From contig JBAYVA010000001.1 of assembly GCA_041674805.1 (NCBI GenBank), positions 390,612 through 454,611 on the forward strand: a stretch of DNA of 64,000 nucleotides. Direction: 5' to 3'. The position numbers and the translations under genes were made by a program. This DNA is from Candidatus Magasanikiibacteriota bacterium. Lineage in GTDB: Bacteria; Patescibacteriota; Patescibacteriia; Magasanikbacterales; UBA922. The notes under the pieces were generated by a model. It searched no databases. It had not been told where the DNA came from and saw only the letters and a list, made by a program, of their open reading frames with translations. Of the stretch, positions 24,976 to 34,571 are shown in pieces; position 1 is the stretch's first letter, and each line of letters begins with the position of its first letter.

Positions 24976-26199
24976 TTACTTACTAAAATAATCTTTACCC
25001 TTCAACTCTTTCGGCAAATAATCCTGTTCAACTTCTCCTTCAAAATCTGGATTATATTTATAATCTTTACCATAACCAATATTTTTCATAAATTTTGTAG
25101 GGGCATTTCGCAAATGAATTGGTACACCAAGATGAGAAGTATTGCGAGCGTCAGTTGCTGCTTTGCCATAAGCAGTATAGAGCAAATTGGATTTTTTTGA
25201 CTTGGCACAATATACCACAGCTTGAGCCAGGTGTACAGCACACTCGGGCATACCAAGCTTGTGACAAGCGTCATAAGCGGCATTGGACTGAATCATTGCC
25301 TCACTATTAGCCATACCAATATCTTCACTCGCAAAACGCAAAACACGTCTGGCAACATAAAGTGGATCTACACCGCCTTCCAGCATCCGAGCCAACCAAT
25401 ATAAAGCAGCGTTAGCATCACTACCACGCATAGATTTGTGCAAAGCTGAAATAATATTATAAAATTCTTCACCATTTTTGTCGAACACCAAATGTGTTCG
25501 CTGTAAGGCTTCTTTGATATCTTCCTTGATCAACTTTGTTTTTTTCAGATTTTTCTTGTACTTAGCACGAAAAGCAAGCTCCAAAGCATTCAAAGCTGAC
25601 CTCGCATCACCCTGACACAAATCAGCCAGCAAATCCGAAGTCTCGTCTTCAAGCTCAATTTCAAAATTTCCCAATCCCCTGTCTTTGTCAGACAAAGCAT
25701 GCTTCAACAATTTCTTCACATCTTCATTTTCCAACTTTTTCAAAATAAAAACCCGTGAACGTGAAAGTAAAGGTCCAATAATTTCAAAACTAGGATTCTC
25801 GGTCGTCGCACCAATCATGATAATACTTCCCCTCTCTACGTATGGTAAAAGTGTATCTTGTTGAGCCTTGCTCCAGCGATGAATCTCGTCTATAAATAAT
25901 ACTGTTTTTTCATTATTTTCCTGCAAATTCTTTTCAGCTTCTTTGACAGCTTTGAGCAAATCTTTCTTACCGCTCTCGACAGCCGACAAGCCCACAAATC
26001 TAGCTTTGGTGGACTGAGCTATGATATAAGCCAAACTGGTCTTACCAACACCAGGAGGACCCCAAAAAACAAGCGAAGACAGCTGATCTGTTTCAATCAA
26101 CTTACGAAGTAGTTTACCTTCTCCCACGATTTCTTCTTGTCCGAAGAATTCATCGAAGTTGGCAGGTCGCATTTTGTCGGCGAGGGGGCGTGATTCCAT
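24976..26199 (-). CDS. rarA: replication-associated recombination protein A (RarA/MgsA) AAA+ ATPase
   Basis: MRP..FDEFFGQE..., Walker A GPPGVGKTSLA, Walker B LFIDEIHRW, C-terminal MgsA domain (ISALHKSMRGSD.NAALYWLARML). Confidence 0.85.
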   Translation of the reverse strand: MESRPLADKMRPANFDEFFGQEEIVGEGKLLRKLIETDQLSSLVFWGPPGVGKTSLAYIIAQSTKARFVGLSAVESGKKDLLKAVKEAEKNLQENNEKTVLFIDEIHRWSKAQQDTLLPYVERGSIIMIGATTENPSFEIIGPLLSRSRVFILKKLENEDVKKLLKHALSDKDRGLGNFEIELEDETSDLLADLCQGDARSALNALELAFRAKYKKNLKKTKLIKEDIKEALQRTHLVFDKNGEEFYNIISALHKSMRGSDANAALYWLARMLEGGVDPLYVARRVLRFASEDIGMANSEAMIQSNAAYDACHKLGMPECAVHLAQAVVYCAKSKKSNLLYTAYGKAATDARNTSHLGVPIHLRNAPTKFMKNIGYGKDYKYNPDFEGEVEQDYLPKELKGKDYFSK

Positions 26200-26318
26200 A
26201 AAATTAGTTAATAATCATCTTCTAGATTAGCACTTTACAGAGTAATTTTCAAGTATTAAAAATTTTGCTTTTTATGGTATTTCTGGTATTATTAAAATAA
26301 TAAAATACTAAAAAAAAT

Positions 26319-27257
26319 ATGATATTTATATATATACTAATAATTTTTACTTTATTCATCATATTAGGTATTTCAGCAGATGTTACTGTAAATAATATAA
26401 AAAAAATAGCTTCAACCTTAAAATTAAAACTTTTTACTTTTGGTATAATATTAGGAATAATAACAACTTTACCAGAAATTTTTTTAGGAATAAACGCGAC
26501 TTTTGATAATATCGCATCTGTATCAATAGGAAATTTATTGGGAGGTATTATTATTTTATTTGGTCTAGTATTAGGTTTAATATTGATACTAAATAATAAA
26601 ATAAAAACTGACGACAGATTTGATTTGATTTTACCACAACTATTAGTTATTTTTTCTCCTATCTTATTAGGTCTTGATGGTGTTTACAACTTATTAGACG
26701 GTTTAATAATGGTTGGATTATACGTTGGACTAATATTATATTTATATAAATCAAATAAATCTTTAGAAAAAATTCCTAATGAAAAAATACTTTTTCATAA
26801 AACACACCTAACAAAAGCTATTATATTTTCAATATTAGGTATATCAACCATATTAATATCTTCTCATTGGATAATAGAATATACACTAAAAATATTAAAT
26901 TCTGTAAAAGTAGAACAAATATTACTTGGCACAATAATTTTTGCAATTGGTACCAATTTACCTGAGATTACCATAGCTTTTACATCATGGCTTAAAAAAA
27001 GTTCTGAGTTATCACTAAGTCACATTTTGAGTTCAGCTTTTACAAATATTTTTGTTTTAGGTATTTTATCTATTATAAAACCAATTTTTTTTACAATTAA
27101 TACACATTTCTTATTATTAATTTTATTTTTGACAATATTTTTAATTTTATTTCTTATTTTTTACCATAGTGAAAAAAAATTAGATCGTAAAGAAGGTGTG
27201 ATATTTGTTGTTACTTACATAATTTTTTTAATAGTAACTCTTTATAGTGGTAAATAA
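26319..27257 (+). CDS. CaCA-family (YrbG-like) Na+/Ca2+ exchanger-type membrane protein
   Basis: Two alpha-repeat-like motifs (LPEIFLGINATFDNIASVSIGNLLGG and GTNLPEITIAFTSW) in a ~10-TM protein. Confidence 0.55.
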   Translation: MIFIYILIIFTLFIILGISADVTVNNIKKIASTLKLKLFTFGIILGIITTLPEIFLGINATFDNIASVSIGNLLGGIIILFGLVLGLILILNNKIKTDDRFDLILPQLLVIFSPILLGLDGVYNLLDGLIMVGLYVGLILYLYKSNKSLEKIPNEKILFHKTHLTKAIIFSILGISTILISSHWIIEYTLKILNSVKVEQILLGTIIFAIGTNLPEITIAFTSWLKKSSELSLSHILSSAFTNIFVLGILSIIKPIFFTINTHFLLLILFLTIFLILFLIFYHSEKKLDRKEGVIFVVTYIIFLIVTLYSGK

Positions 27258-27265
27258 TTTGTTTA

Positions 27266-27295
27266 CAAAAACAGTCACTTTCCGTGACTGTTTTT
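27266..27295. terminator. bidirectional rho-independent terminator between convergent genes
   Basis: AAAAACAGTCAC-tttcc-GTGACTGTTTTT. Confidence 0.75.
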
Positions 27296-27304
27296 AATTT
27301 CTAT

Positions 27305-27330
27305 TAACTAAGAACTCCGAACCAAGAACT
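27305..27330. repeat. heptamer (NNNGAAC) tandem array, solo copy of the GTTC/GAAC family
   Basis: taagaac/tccgaac/caagaac abutting the pyrG stop; related copies at 30779-30806, 55393-55423, 55798-55831. Confidence 0.55.
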
Positions 27331-28960
27331 ATTTGATAGAAGCCTTCACAAACTCTCTAAACAAAGGATGTGGTTTCATCGGACGGCTCTTGAATTCTGG
27401 ATGAAATTGCGTACCCACGAAAAATGGATGACCTTTTAGCTCTACAATCTCGACTAAGCCAGATTCAGGATTGACCCCAACTACTTGCAAACCAGCATTG
27501 TCCATCTCATCTCTATAATCATTGTTGAACTCATAACGGTGTCTGTGACGCTCGCTAATCACATCTTGCTTGTAAGCCTCATAAGTCTTGGTATCGTAGC
27601 GTAGAGCGCAATCATAGGCCCCTAAACGCATGGTACCACCATACCTGTGATTCTTGACGTTGCTTTCTTGATTTGGATTGATATGGATGACTGGTTCAGT
27701 CGTCTTTGGATCCATCTCTACTGTATTGGCTTTTGTCTTGCCGAGGACATGACGAACAAATTCAATAGAAGCCAATTGCATACCATAGCATAATCCCAAA
27801 TATGGAATCTTGTTTTCACGAACGAACTCTATCGCATTGATAATACCTTCTACTCCCCTAGTTCCAAAACCACCCGGCACAATCACGCCATCAAAATTTT
27901 TCAAATCTTTTACTTTGTTTTTGTCTTTTTCGTATTCTTCTGAATCTACCCAAGTCAAGACTGGCTTGACATTACTAAACCAACTAGCATGTTTGATAGC
28001 TTCAATGACTGAAATATATGAATCTGACAAAGTAAATTTGCCAGTACCAAAGTATTTGCCAATGACCGCAATTTTGACTTCTTTTTTAGAGTTTTCAATT
28101 TTGTGGACAAAAGCTTTCCACTTAGTCAAATCTGTTTTGACACTTTTCATTTTTAACACTTTTAGTAGTTTGTTGCCAATATCTTGGGCTTCCATTTTGA
28201 GAGGTAATTCATAAATTGAGGCTACATCAGGTGCGGAAATACAATTTTCTCTACGCACTCCACAAAAGACTGCCAACTTTTCACTACGAGGCTTGTCTAG
28301 TTCCATCGAACCACGAGCCACGATAATATCTGCTTGGAGCCCTGCAGTATTCAAAGTTCTAGAAGCATATTGTGTTGGCTTAGTCTTCATTTCACCCAAA
28401 TGTGAAGGTACTGGCAAATAACTAACCATGACGACAGCAATATTTTCTGGATTTTTCATTTTCATCATACGAGCAGCTTCAAGGAAAATAAGATTTTGGT
28501 ATTCCCCAAGAGTTCCACCAACTTCAATCAGTGTAATATCTGCATCTTTTTCTTTGGCAGCAGCTTCAATTCTTCTAATCACTTCTTCCGGCACATGAGG
28601 CACGACTTCCACACATTTGCCTTTGTACTTCATGGCACGTTCATTTTCAATTACTGACAAATAGATACGACCAGTAGTCATATAATTGTTGGAATAAAGA
28701 TCGGTATCCAAAAAACGTTCATAGTTACCCATGTCTTGATCGGTCTCATCGCCATCATCAGTCACAAAGACTTCACCATGCTCAATCGGATTCATCGTAC
28801 CAGCGTCAACATTGACATAAGGATCAATCTTGAGAGCTGTAACCGAAAATCCCTTAGCTTTGAAAATCGCACCAAGAGAAGCAGTCGTCACACCTTTACC
28901 AACTCCACTTAGCACTCCACCAACCACAAAAATGAATTTACGTTTTTTGATTTTTGACAT
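27329..28960 (-). CDS. pyrG: CTP synthase PyrG
   Basis: FVVGGVLSGVGKGVTTASLG..., the glutamine amidotransferase triad region GLCYGMQLA, ...HPEF. Confidence 0.9.
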   Translation of the reverse strand: MSKIKKRKFIFVVGGVLSGVGKGVTTASLGAIFKAKGFSVTALKIDPYVNVDAGTMNPIEHGEVFVTDDGDETDQDMGNYERFLDTDLYSNNYMTTGRIYLSVIENERAMKYKGKCVEVVPHVPEEVIRRIEAAAKEKDADITLIEVGGTLGEYQNLIFLEAARMMKMKNPENIAVVMVSYLPVPSHLGEMKTKPTQYASRTLNTAGLQADIIVARGSMELDKPRSEKLAVFCGVRRENCISAPDVASIYELPLKMEAQDIGNKLLKVLKMKSVKTDLTKWKAFVHKIENSKKEVKIAVIGKYFGTGKFTLSDSYISVIEAIKHASWFSNVKPVLTWVDSEEYEKDKNKVKDLKNFDGVIVPGGFGTRGVEGIINAIEFVRENKIPYLGLCYGMQLASIEFVRHVLGKTKANTVEMDPKTTEPVIHINPNQESNVKNHRYGGTMRLGAYDCALRYDTKTYEAYKQDVISERHRHRYEFNNDYRDEMDNAGLQVVGVNPESGLVEIVELKGHPFFVGTQFHPEFKSRPMKPHPLFREFVKASIK

Positions 28961-29104
28961 ATTTTTTATAAATTAAAAATCCTAAATCTAAAATCCTAAA
29001 TCTAATAATATACTAAAAAATATTTTTGATTTATGATTTCGGATTTTTGATTTTTCAATATGCCAAACATTATACCAAATTTTTTCAAATCTGTGTAATC
29101 AGTG

Positions 29105-29132
29105 TAATTAAAAAACCACCGGCAGTCGGTGG
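29105..29132 (-). terminator. rho-independent terminator after rplI
   Basis: On the minus strand: CCACCG-actgc-CGGTGG followed by TTTTTTAATTAC. Confidence 0.7.
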
Positions 29133-29139
29133 TACGATA

Positions 29140-29586
29140 TTATTCTTCGCAGATGTTGACTCTAATGTCGGCTTCAAGACCGTGATTAAAAACTATATGA
29201 ACATCATGATCACCTATTTCTTTCAAAGGTTCTTTTAATTTAATTTGTTCTGGTTTGACAGTTACGCCTATTTGTTTCTTGATAGCTTGTGCCAATTTAG
29301 CTGAGTTGATAGCAGCATACAAGGTACCAGAATTACTTACTTTGGCAAGTATCTCTATTTCTCCACCATCTAATCTGCCAGCAATTTTTTGTTGAGACTC
29401 TAATTCTGACTCCATTTGTTTGGCTTTTTTCTTAGCTTGCCCATCTATTTTTTTCAATTCAGCGTCAGTTGCCATAATAGCCAGACCCTGCTTCATCAAA
29501 AAATTACGAGCGTATCCATCGGATACCTCTTTTGTCTCCCCCTTTTTAGCTGTACCTTTGACATCTTTTAGAAATATGACTTTCAT
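29140..29586 (-). CDS. rplI: 50S ribosomal protein L9
   Basis: [30 protein letters not shown]... is the canonical L9 N-terminus. Start moved to the third Met of the track ORF. Confidence 0.85.
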   Translation of the reverse strand: MKVIFLKDVKGTAKKGETKEVSDGYARNFLMKQGLAIMATDAELKKIDGQAKKKAKQMESELESQQKIAGRLDGGEIEILAKVSNSGTLYAAINSAKLAQAIKKQIGVTVKPEQIKLKEPLKEIGDHDVHIVFNHGLEADIRVNICEE

Positions 29587-29729
29587 AAGCAAAAACAGAT
29601 AAAAATGAATTTATGTATTTATTATAGGTCAATATTGATTTTTATGCAAGAATGTGGTAGCATTGAAGTGTTAGTTTTAAAAGTTAAAGAAAATTCTCAA
29701 TAAAAACCAAACTTAAACTTTCAAAAAAG

Positions 29730-29840
29730 AGCTTACGAGGCTTACAAGGCTTACGAGGCTCATACAATCTCATTAAAAATGTTCACCTAAGTATAACAGG
29801 CCTTGTAAGCCCTGTAAGCCTTGTGAGCATTGTAAGCCTC
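29730..29840. repeat. long imperfect palindrome built from 9-nt tandem repeats (GCTTACRAG x3 ... CTTGTRAGC x5) upstream of era
   Basis: gcttacgag/gcttacaag/gcttacgag/gctcat ... loop ... ggccttgta/agccctgta/agccttgtg/agcattgta/agcctcg; it ends 5 nt before the era ATG. Confidence 0.7.
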
Positions 29841-29844
29841 GTTT

Positions 29845-30693
29845 ATGAAATCAGGATTCGCAGTTCTCATCGGACGTTCCAACGTTGGAAAATCTACACT
29901 TATGAACACTATGGTCGGTACCAAAATTGCTGCCACTTCTTTTCGTGCTCAAATGACTAGACAAGTTATTCATGGAGTTGTAAATAATGCAGAGGGACAA
30001 ATCGTTTTTATTGATACTCCTGGTATTTTCAAAGATAAAAAAAATAGATTGACTGGTAAACTAATAGAAAAAGCTAAAGAAGCTTTGGGTAATGTAGATG
30101 CTATTATCTACGTAGTAGACCCAACTAGAGAAATTGGCGACGAAGAAAAATATACTTTTGGTTTGATAAGACACTTATCCATTCCAAAAATATTGGTTAT
30201 AAACAAAAGTGATTTGCATAAAGATGAAAAGAAACATTTAGAAAGTTACCAAAATTGGGGTGAAAATTTTGATGCTATTTTTGAACTTTCAGCACTTCGT
30301 GCTAGTCATATTCAACCTTTGATAAAAAAAGTATTAGAAATTTTGCCAGAAGGTGAAGCTTTGTATGACAACGAACAACTTACCAACATAAGTGATAAAT
30401 ACTGGGTAGCTGAAATTATCAGAGAAAAAGTATTTTCTGTTTTTGATAAAGAAGTACCATACTCTATCACAGTAGAAGTAGATGAAATGGAAGACAAACC
30501 AGAAAAATTTGTTATTTCAGCAAGAATCCTAACCGATGCTGACAGATACAAAAAAATGATTATTGGTAAAGGTGGTATCAAAATAAAAGAAATTGGACAA
30601 ATGGCTAGACGTGAACTAGAACAAGCTTTGAACAAAAAAATATTTTTGGAACTAGAAGTAGAAGTAGATACACATTGGGTGGATAGAGTATAA
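29845..30693 (+). CDS. era: GTPase Era
   Basis: G1 GRSNVGKSTL, G3 DTPG, G4 NKSD; C-terminal KH domain (…IIGKGGIKIKEIG…). Confidence 0.9.
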   Translation: MKSGFAVLIGRSNVGKSTLMNTMVGTKIAATSFRAQMTRQVIHGVVNNAEGQIVFIDTPGIFKDKKNRLTGKLIEKAKEALGNVDAIIYVVDPTREIGDEEKYTFGLIRHLSIPKILVINKSDLHKDEKKHLESYQNWGENFDAIFELSALRASHIQPLIKKVLEILPEGEALYDNEQLTNISDKYWVAEIIREKVFSVFDKEVPYSITVEVDEMEDKPEKFVISARILTDADRYKKMIIGKGGIKIKEIGQMARRELEQALNKKIFLELEVEVDTHWVDRV

Positions 30694-30737
30694 AAGTTTG
30701 TAAAGTTATAAAGTTGAAAGTTTATAAAGTAACTTAA

Positions 30738-30772
30738 TAAAAAAGTCCGTGATAATATCACGGACTTTTTTA
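30738..30772. terminator. bidirectional rho-independent terminator (15-bp perfect palindrome)
   Basis: AAAAAGTCCGTGATA-a-TATCACGGACTTTTT. Confidence 0.8.
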
Positions 30773-30778
30773 TTTAAT

Positions 30779-30806
30779 TACTAAGAACTCTGAACACTAA
30801 ACTATT
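30779..30806. repeat. heptamer (NNNGAAC) tandem array, solo copy
   Basis: ctaagaac/tctgaac/actaaac, immediately after the terminator. Confidence 0.5.
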
Positions 30807-31518
30807 ATTTTACAAATCCATCAAACTCACTTTGTGAAATCACTTGCGCTTTGTAAGTAGCACCTTCAGCCACAAGTAAACTATTCAAAACTTTTAAATT
30901 TTTGCCAGAAGCTTCTTTGATTGCCTCAAAAACTTTTTTAGAAATACCATCAATTCCTCTTTCCAAATAAGTATTAACATTTTTTATCATACTTTCTTCC
31001 AAAAGTAATCCAGAGGTAAAAGCTTTGACACGCATTTCATTACCAATTGGCAACAATTTATCATAAAGTGTTTGAACTTTAGCATCTTTGAAAGTTCCTT
31101 CTTCCAAAGCAGCCACAGACAAATCCACTTGCAAACCTCCCATGACAGCAGCCAAAATTTCTCTTTGGGTAGCATGCGATTCTACCAAACTATCCAAAAT
31201 AGGCAATTCATGTTTTTCATTCCAAGTTGCAAACAAATTTTCAGCCATTTTTTCTGATTCATACATATATGGCAAAGCCATTGTATCACCTTGTGTAGCT
31301 TTGGCACCAACATTTTTGCCCAATTCTTCAAAAAAAACAGTATTATCTATACTAGCTACACCGTCACTATCTACTACTACCAAACTTTTTTCTGATATTT
31401 TGTCACCAGAATTTACATTGTCAGAAGACATTGTGTTATCATCTGAAACACTACTACAACCTGCTCCTAGCAAAAGCACAACAGAAAGAGCAGACACAGC
31501 CAAAATACTTTTTTTCAT
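30805..31518 (-). CDS. putative lipoprotein
   Basis: Signal peptide plus lipobox MKKSILAVSALSVVLLLGAGCSS. Confidence 0.55.
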   Translation of the reverse strand: MKKSILAVSALSVVLLLGAGCSSVSDDNTMSSDNVNSGDKISEKSLVVVDSDGVASIDNTVFFEELGKNVGAKATQGDTMALPYMYESEKMAENLFATWNEKHELPILDSLVESHATQREILAAVMGGLQVDLSVAALEEGTFKDAKVQTLYDKLLPIGNEMRVKAFTSGLLLEESMIKNVNTYLERGIDGISKKVFEAIKEASGKNLKVLNSLLVAEGATYKAQVISQSEFDGFVK

Positions 31519-31566
31519 AATTTTATTATTATGACAAAATAAATTTTGTCATTTGTTAAATTAAAA

Positions 31567-31926
31567 TTAATATCTACCAGCAAAAACTTCTTTGACCATT
31601 TCTATATCTTCTTTTATTTTTTCTACTAATTCTTTTATAGAATCATGGCGTTCTACCTCACTCACTTTTTGGACAAGATCTACCTCAACAAATTTTCCAT
31701 AAATATTTTTATCAAAATCCAAAATATGAAATTCAAATTTATAAGAATTACCTTTTGACAAGACAATCAAAGCTCCATTGTATTTGACTTTATCAATAAT
31801 TATTGTCGCAGCAAAAACACCTGTAGCTACTTTCGTACCTTTTTTTATTTTACATTCAATATTGGCTGTAGGAAAACCAAAATTCCGACCAATACCATCA
31901 CCATGTATAACTATTCCACTAAACAT
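31567..31926 (-). CDS. monofunctional riboflavin kinase (RibF C-terminal-domain type)
   Basis: GDGIGRNFGFPTANI is the riboflavin kinase signature. Only 119 aa, so there is no FAD synthetase domain. Confidence 0.65.
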   Translation of the reverse strand: MFSGIVIHGDGIGRNFGFPTANIECKIKKGTKVATGVFAATIIIDKVKYNGALIVLSKGNSYKFEFHILDFDKNIYGKFVEVDLVQKVSEVERHDSIKELVEKIKEDIEMVKEVFAGRY

Positions 31927-31942
31927 ATAAAAATAATAATTT

Positions 31943-33199
31943 TTATTTCAAAGTTTCCAAAGCTTTTTCCAAACCTTTATCAATATAATCTTTAGCATCT
32001 TCACCTGTAGTTTTTTCTTTTTGAACAAACATATCCCCTTCTATTAAGATATCAGCTTCCAAACCTTTACCATTTATTTGTCTAGATTTTGGAGTGTACC
32101 ACTCTGCAATAGTAATTTTCAAAGCAGAACCATCTTCCAAAATTTCAAATTCTTGAACAGATCCTTTACCATAAGTAGTCTTACCAATAGCTTGTGCTAC
32201 ACCATAATCTTGCAAAGCGCCTGTCACAATTTCAGAACCTGAAGCCGTACCTTCATCAATAAGAATTACAGTAGGTATTCCAACAAATCTATGTTTACCT
32301 TCTTTGGCAAAATATTCTTTGGTACTACCATCATTGAACTTTTCTGAAACAACAATACCTTGATCAGCTTTCAACCATTCGGCTGCCACTTTTACAGAAG
32401 TATCTAAATAACCACCAGGATTACCACGCAAATCAAGAACAATACTTTTTGGAGATTTTAGCAAAATATCTTTGACATCTTTATCAAATTCACCCCAAGT
32501 TGTATCATTGAAAGTACTAATACGTAAATAAATCACACCCTTACCTTTTTCTTCCCATTTTACTGAAGGTAACTCAATATTATCACGAATTATTTTTATT
32601 TCTTCAATTTTGTCATTATTTTTTCTTTGTACAGTCAAAGTTACTTCTGTTCCTTTTTCTCCTCTTATTTTAATAACAGCTTCTTCTACACTTAACTCAG
32701 AAACATCTTCAGCATTTACCTGCAAGATAATATCACCAGCTTTCAAGCCAGCTTTTTCCGCAGGTGAACCTTCTAATGGAGAAATTACTGTGATTTTTTC
32801 ATTTCTAATACCAATTTCAGCCCCAATTCCACTAAAAGAACCAGACAAATCTGTTAAAAATGTTTTAGCTTTTTCTGGTGGAAAATAAACAGAATAAGGA
32901 TCATCCAAACCAGCTACCAAACCTTCCATGGCTGAATAAAATAATTTGACTTCATCTACTGGCTGTTTAACATAATTTTCTTTTACTTTTTTCCAAACTG
33001 TCCAAAATTGTAAAAAATCAACACTATCTGATCTAGTATTAGAATACAAATTTACCACTTTTTTTATGTCTACCTGACCTTCTTCATTTACTAAGTTACT
33101 AGCAATATCTCGGCTTATTCCTAATAAAAAGCCTACAAAAAATATAGCAACCGTAAAAATTAAAAATAAAACAAAATTTAAAATTTTTCTTTTTGACAT
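31943..33199 (-). CDS. ctpA: carboxy-terminal processing peptidase (S41, tail-specific protease) with PDZ domain
   Basis: PDZ GSPAEKAGLKAGDIILQVN; S41 catalytic region GNPGGYL...GTASGSE; N-terminal TM anchor. Confidence 0.8.
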   Translation of the reverse strand: MSKRKILNFVLFLIFTVAIFFVGFLLGISRDIASNLVNEEGQVDIKKVVNLYSNTRSDSVDFLQFWTVWKKVKENYVKQPVDEVKLFYSAMEGLVAGLDDPYSVYFPPEKAKTFLTDLSGSFSGIGAEIGIRNEKITVISPLEGSPAEKAGLKAGDIILQVNAEDVSELSVEEAVIKIRGEKGTEVTLTVQRKNNDKIEEIKIIRDNIELPSVKWEEKGKGVIYLRISTFNDTTWGEFDKDVKDILLKSPKSIVLDLRGNPGGYLDTSVKVAAEWLKADQGIVVSEKFNDGSTKEYFAKEGKHRFVGIPTVILIDEGTASGSEIVTGALQDYGVAQAIGKTTYGKGSVQEFEILEDGSALKITIAEWYTPKSRQINGKGLEADILIEGDMFVQKEKTTGEDAKDYIDKGLEKALETLK

Positions 33200-33206
33200 A
33201 ATTATA

Positions 33207-34508
33207 TTATTCTTCGTGAGTTATTTTAGCACCAACAGTAGCCAAACGCTCTGCTAAATTTTCATAACCACGTTCTATGGTATAAGAATTACGCATTACA
33301 GATTTTCCAGAAGCAGCAATCATCGCTACCAACAAAGCTACAGCAGGACGAATAGCTGGTGGACACATAAATTCATTACCTTTAAGTTCAGTAGGACCTT
33401 CTACAAAAACACGATGTGGATCAAGCAAAGTAATATTAGCACCTAACTTTTGGAAATCTAGAAAATAAATTGCTCTATTTTCGTAAACCCAATCATGGAC
33501 AAGAGTCCTACCTTTGGCTTGAGTCAAAATAGGAACAAACAAAGGTAAATTATCAATATTCAAACCAGGGAAAGGACGTCCATAAATTTTATCAGGCAAG
33601 GCTTTTAATTCTGATTTCAAAAATTTAATATCTACCACGTCAAAATTGCCACTCAAAGATTTTCTTTTATTTTTTATTTGAAATTTTTGTCCCATGACAG
33701 ATAATTTTTCTAATTCTAATTCTAGAAAATCAAGAGGACAATTTTTTATTGTTAATTCTGATTTAGTAGTAATTGCCAAAGCTATAAAAGTCATAGCTTC
33801 TATAGGATCTGGAATAATATGATATTTTTTTATAGGATTCAATTTTTTAACACCTGTAATTTTCAGAGTTGTATTTCCAATTCCTTCAATTTTAGCACCA
33901 GCTGATTGCAAGAAATAACACAAATCTTGAACCATATAATTTGAAGAAGCAAATTTGATAGTTGTCACACCTGGAGCTAACACTGCTGCCATAATAGCAT
34001 TTTCAGTAGGTGTATCACCAGATTCGTACATTACGATATCAGCTGATTTGAGTGGTTTATTTTTTACATCATAATACTTAGCTTTGGAAACCACACTAAC
34101 CCCAAATTTTTCAAGAGCAAACAAATGAGGTTTGACAGTACGTTCACCCAAACGGCAACCACCTGATTTGTAAATTTTGAATTCTTTTTCACGAGCAGCC
34201 AAAGCACCCAAAAGCATCAAGGAAGATCTCGTGACTTCTGTAGCTTTCTTATCAATTTTGTCCATTGTCAATTTTTTGCCAGTATTTAGATACAAAGTAT
34301 GTTCATCTTTCCAAACTACTTCTACATTGATACTCTCCAAAATTTCCAAAATACGATAAACTTCTTCTATACGTGGCATATCGTACAAAACTACTTCACC
34401 TTTTACCATAAGAGAAGCACAAAGAATAGATACCGCTGAATTCTTGGCAGTATTTACAGCCAAAGATCCTGATAATTCATGGCCACCTTCTACAACGAAT
34501 TTAGACAT
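33207..34508 (-). CDS. murA: UDP-N-acetylglucosamine 1-carboxyvinyltransferase MurA
   Basis: 433 aa EPSP-synthase-fold protein: MSKFVVEGGHELSGSLAVNTAKNSAVSILCA..., catalytic Cys region KSGGCRLGERTVKPH. Confidence 0.85.
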   Translation of the reverse strand: MSKFVVEGGHELSGSLAVNTAKNSAVSILCASLMVKGEVVLYDMPRIEEVYRILEILESINVEVVWKDEHTLYLNTGKKLTMDKIDKKATEVTRSSLMLLGALAAREKEFKIYKSGGCRLGERTVKPHLFALEKFGVSVVSKAKYYDVKNKPLKSADIVMYESGDTPTENAIMAAVLAPGVTTIKFASSNYMVQDLCYFLQSAGAKIEGIGNTTLKITGVKKLNPIKKYHIIPDPIEAMTFIALAITTKSELTIKNCPLDFLELELEKLSVMGQKFQIKNKRKSLSGNFDVVDIKFLKSELKALPDKIYGRPFPGLNIDNLPLFVPILTQAKGRTLVHDWVYENRAIYFLDFQKLGANITLLDPHRVFVEGPTELKGNEFMCPPAIRPAVALLVAMIAASGKSVMRNSYTIERGYENLAERLATVGAKITHEE

Positions 34509-34571
34509 AAAATTTGATTAAAATGTTAAAATACGATATTATTATATCGCAAAAAGACACTAAAAGCAAAC

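Noticed and set aside
29094-29110. TAATCAGTG tandem motif shared with 37147-37165
   Set aside because: Only two short copies; insufficient to call a family.
30694-30735. AAAGTTNN tandem 8-mers after era
   Set aside because: Only about 5 low-complexity units in an AT-rich 3' UTR directly before a strong terminator; probably a slippage product rather than an element.
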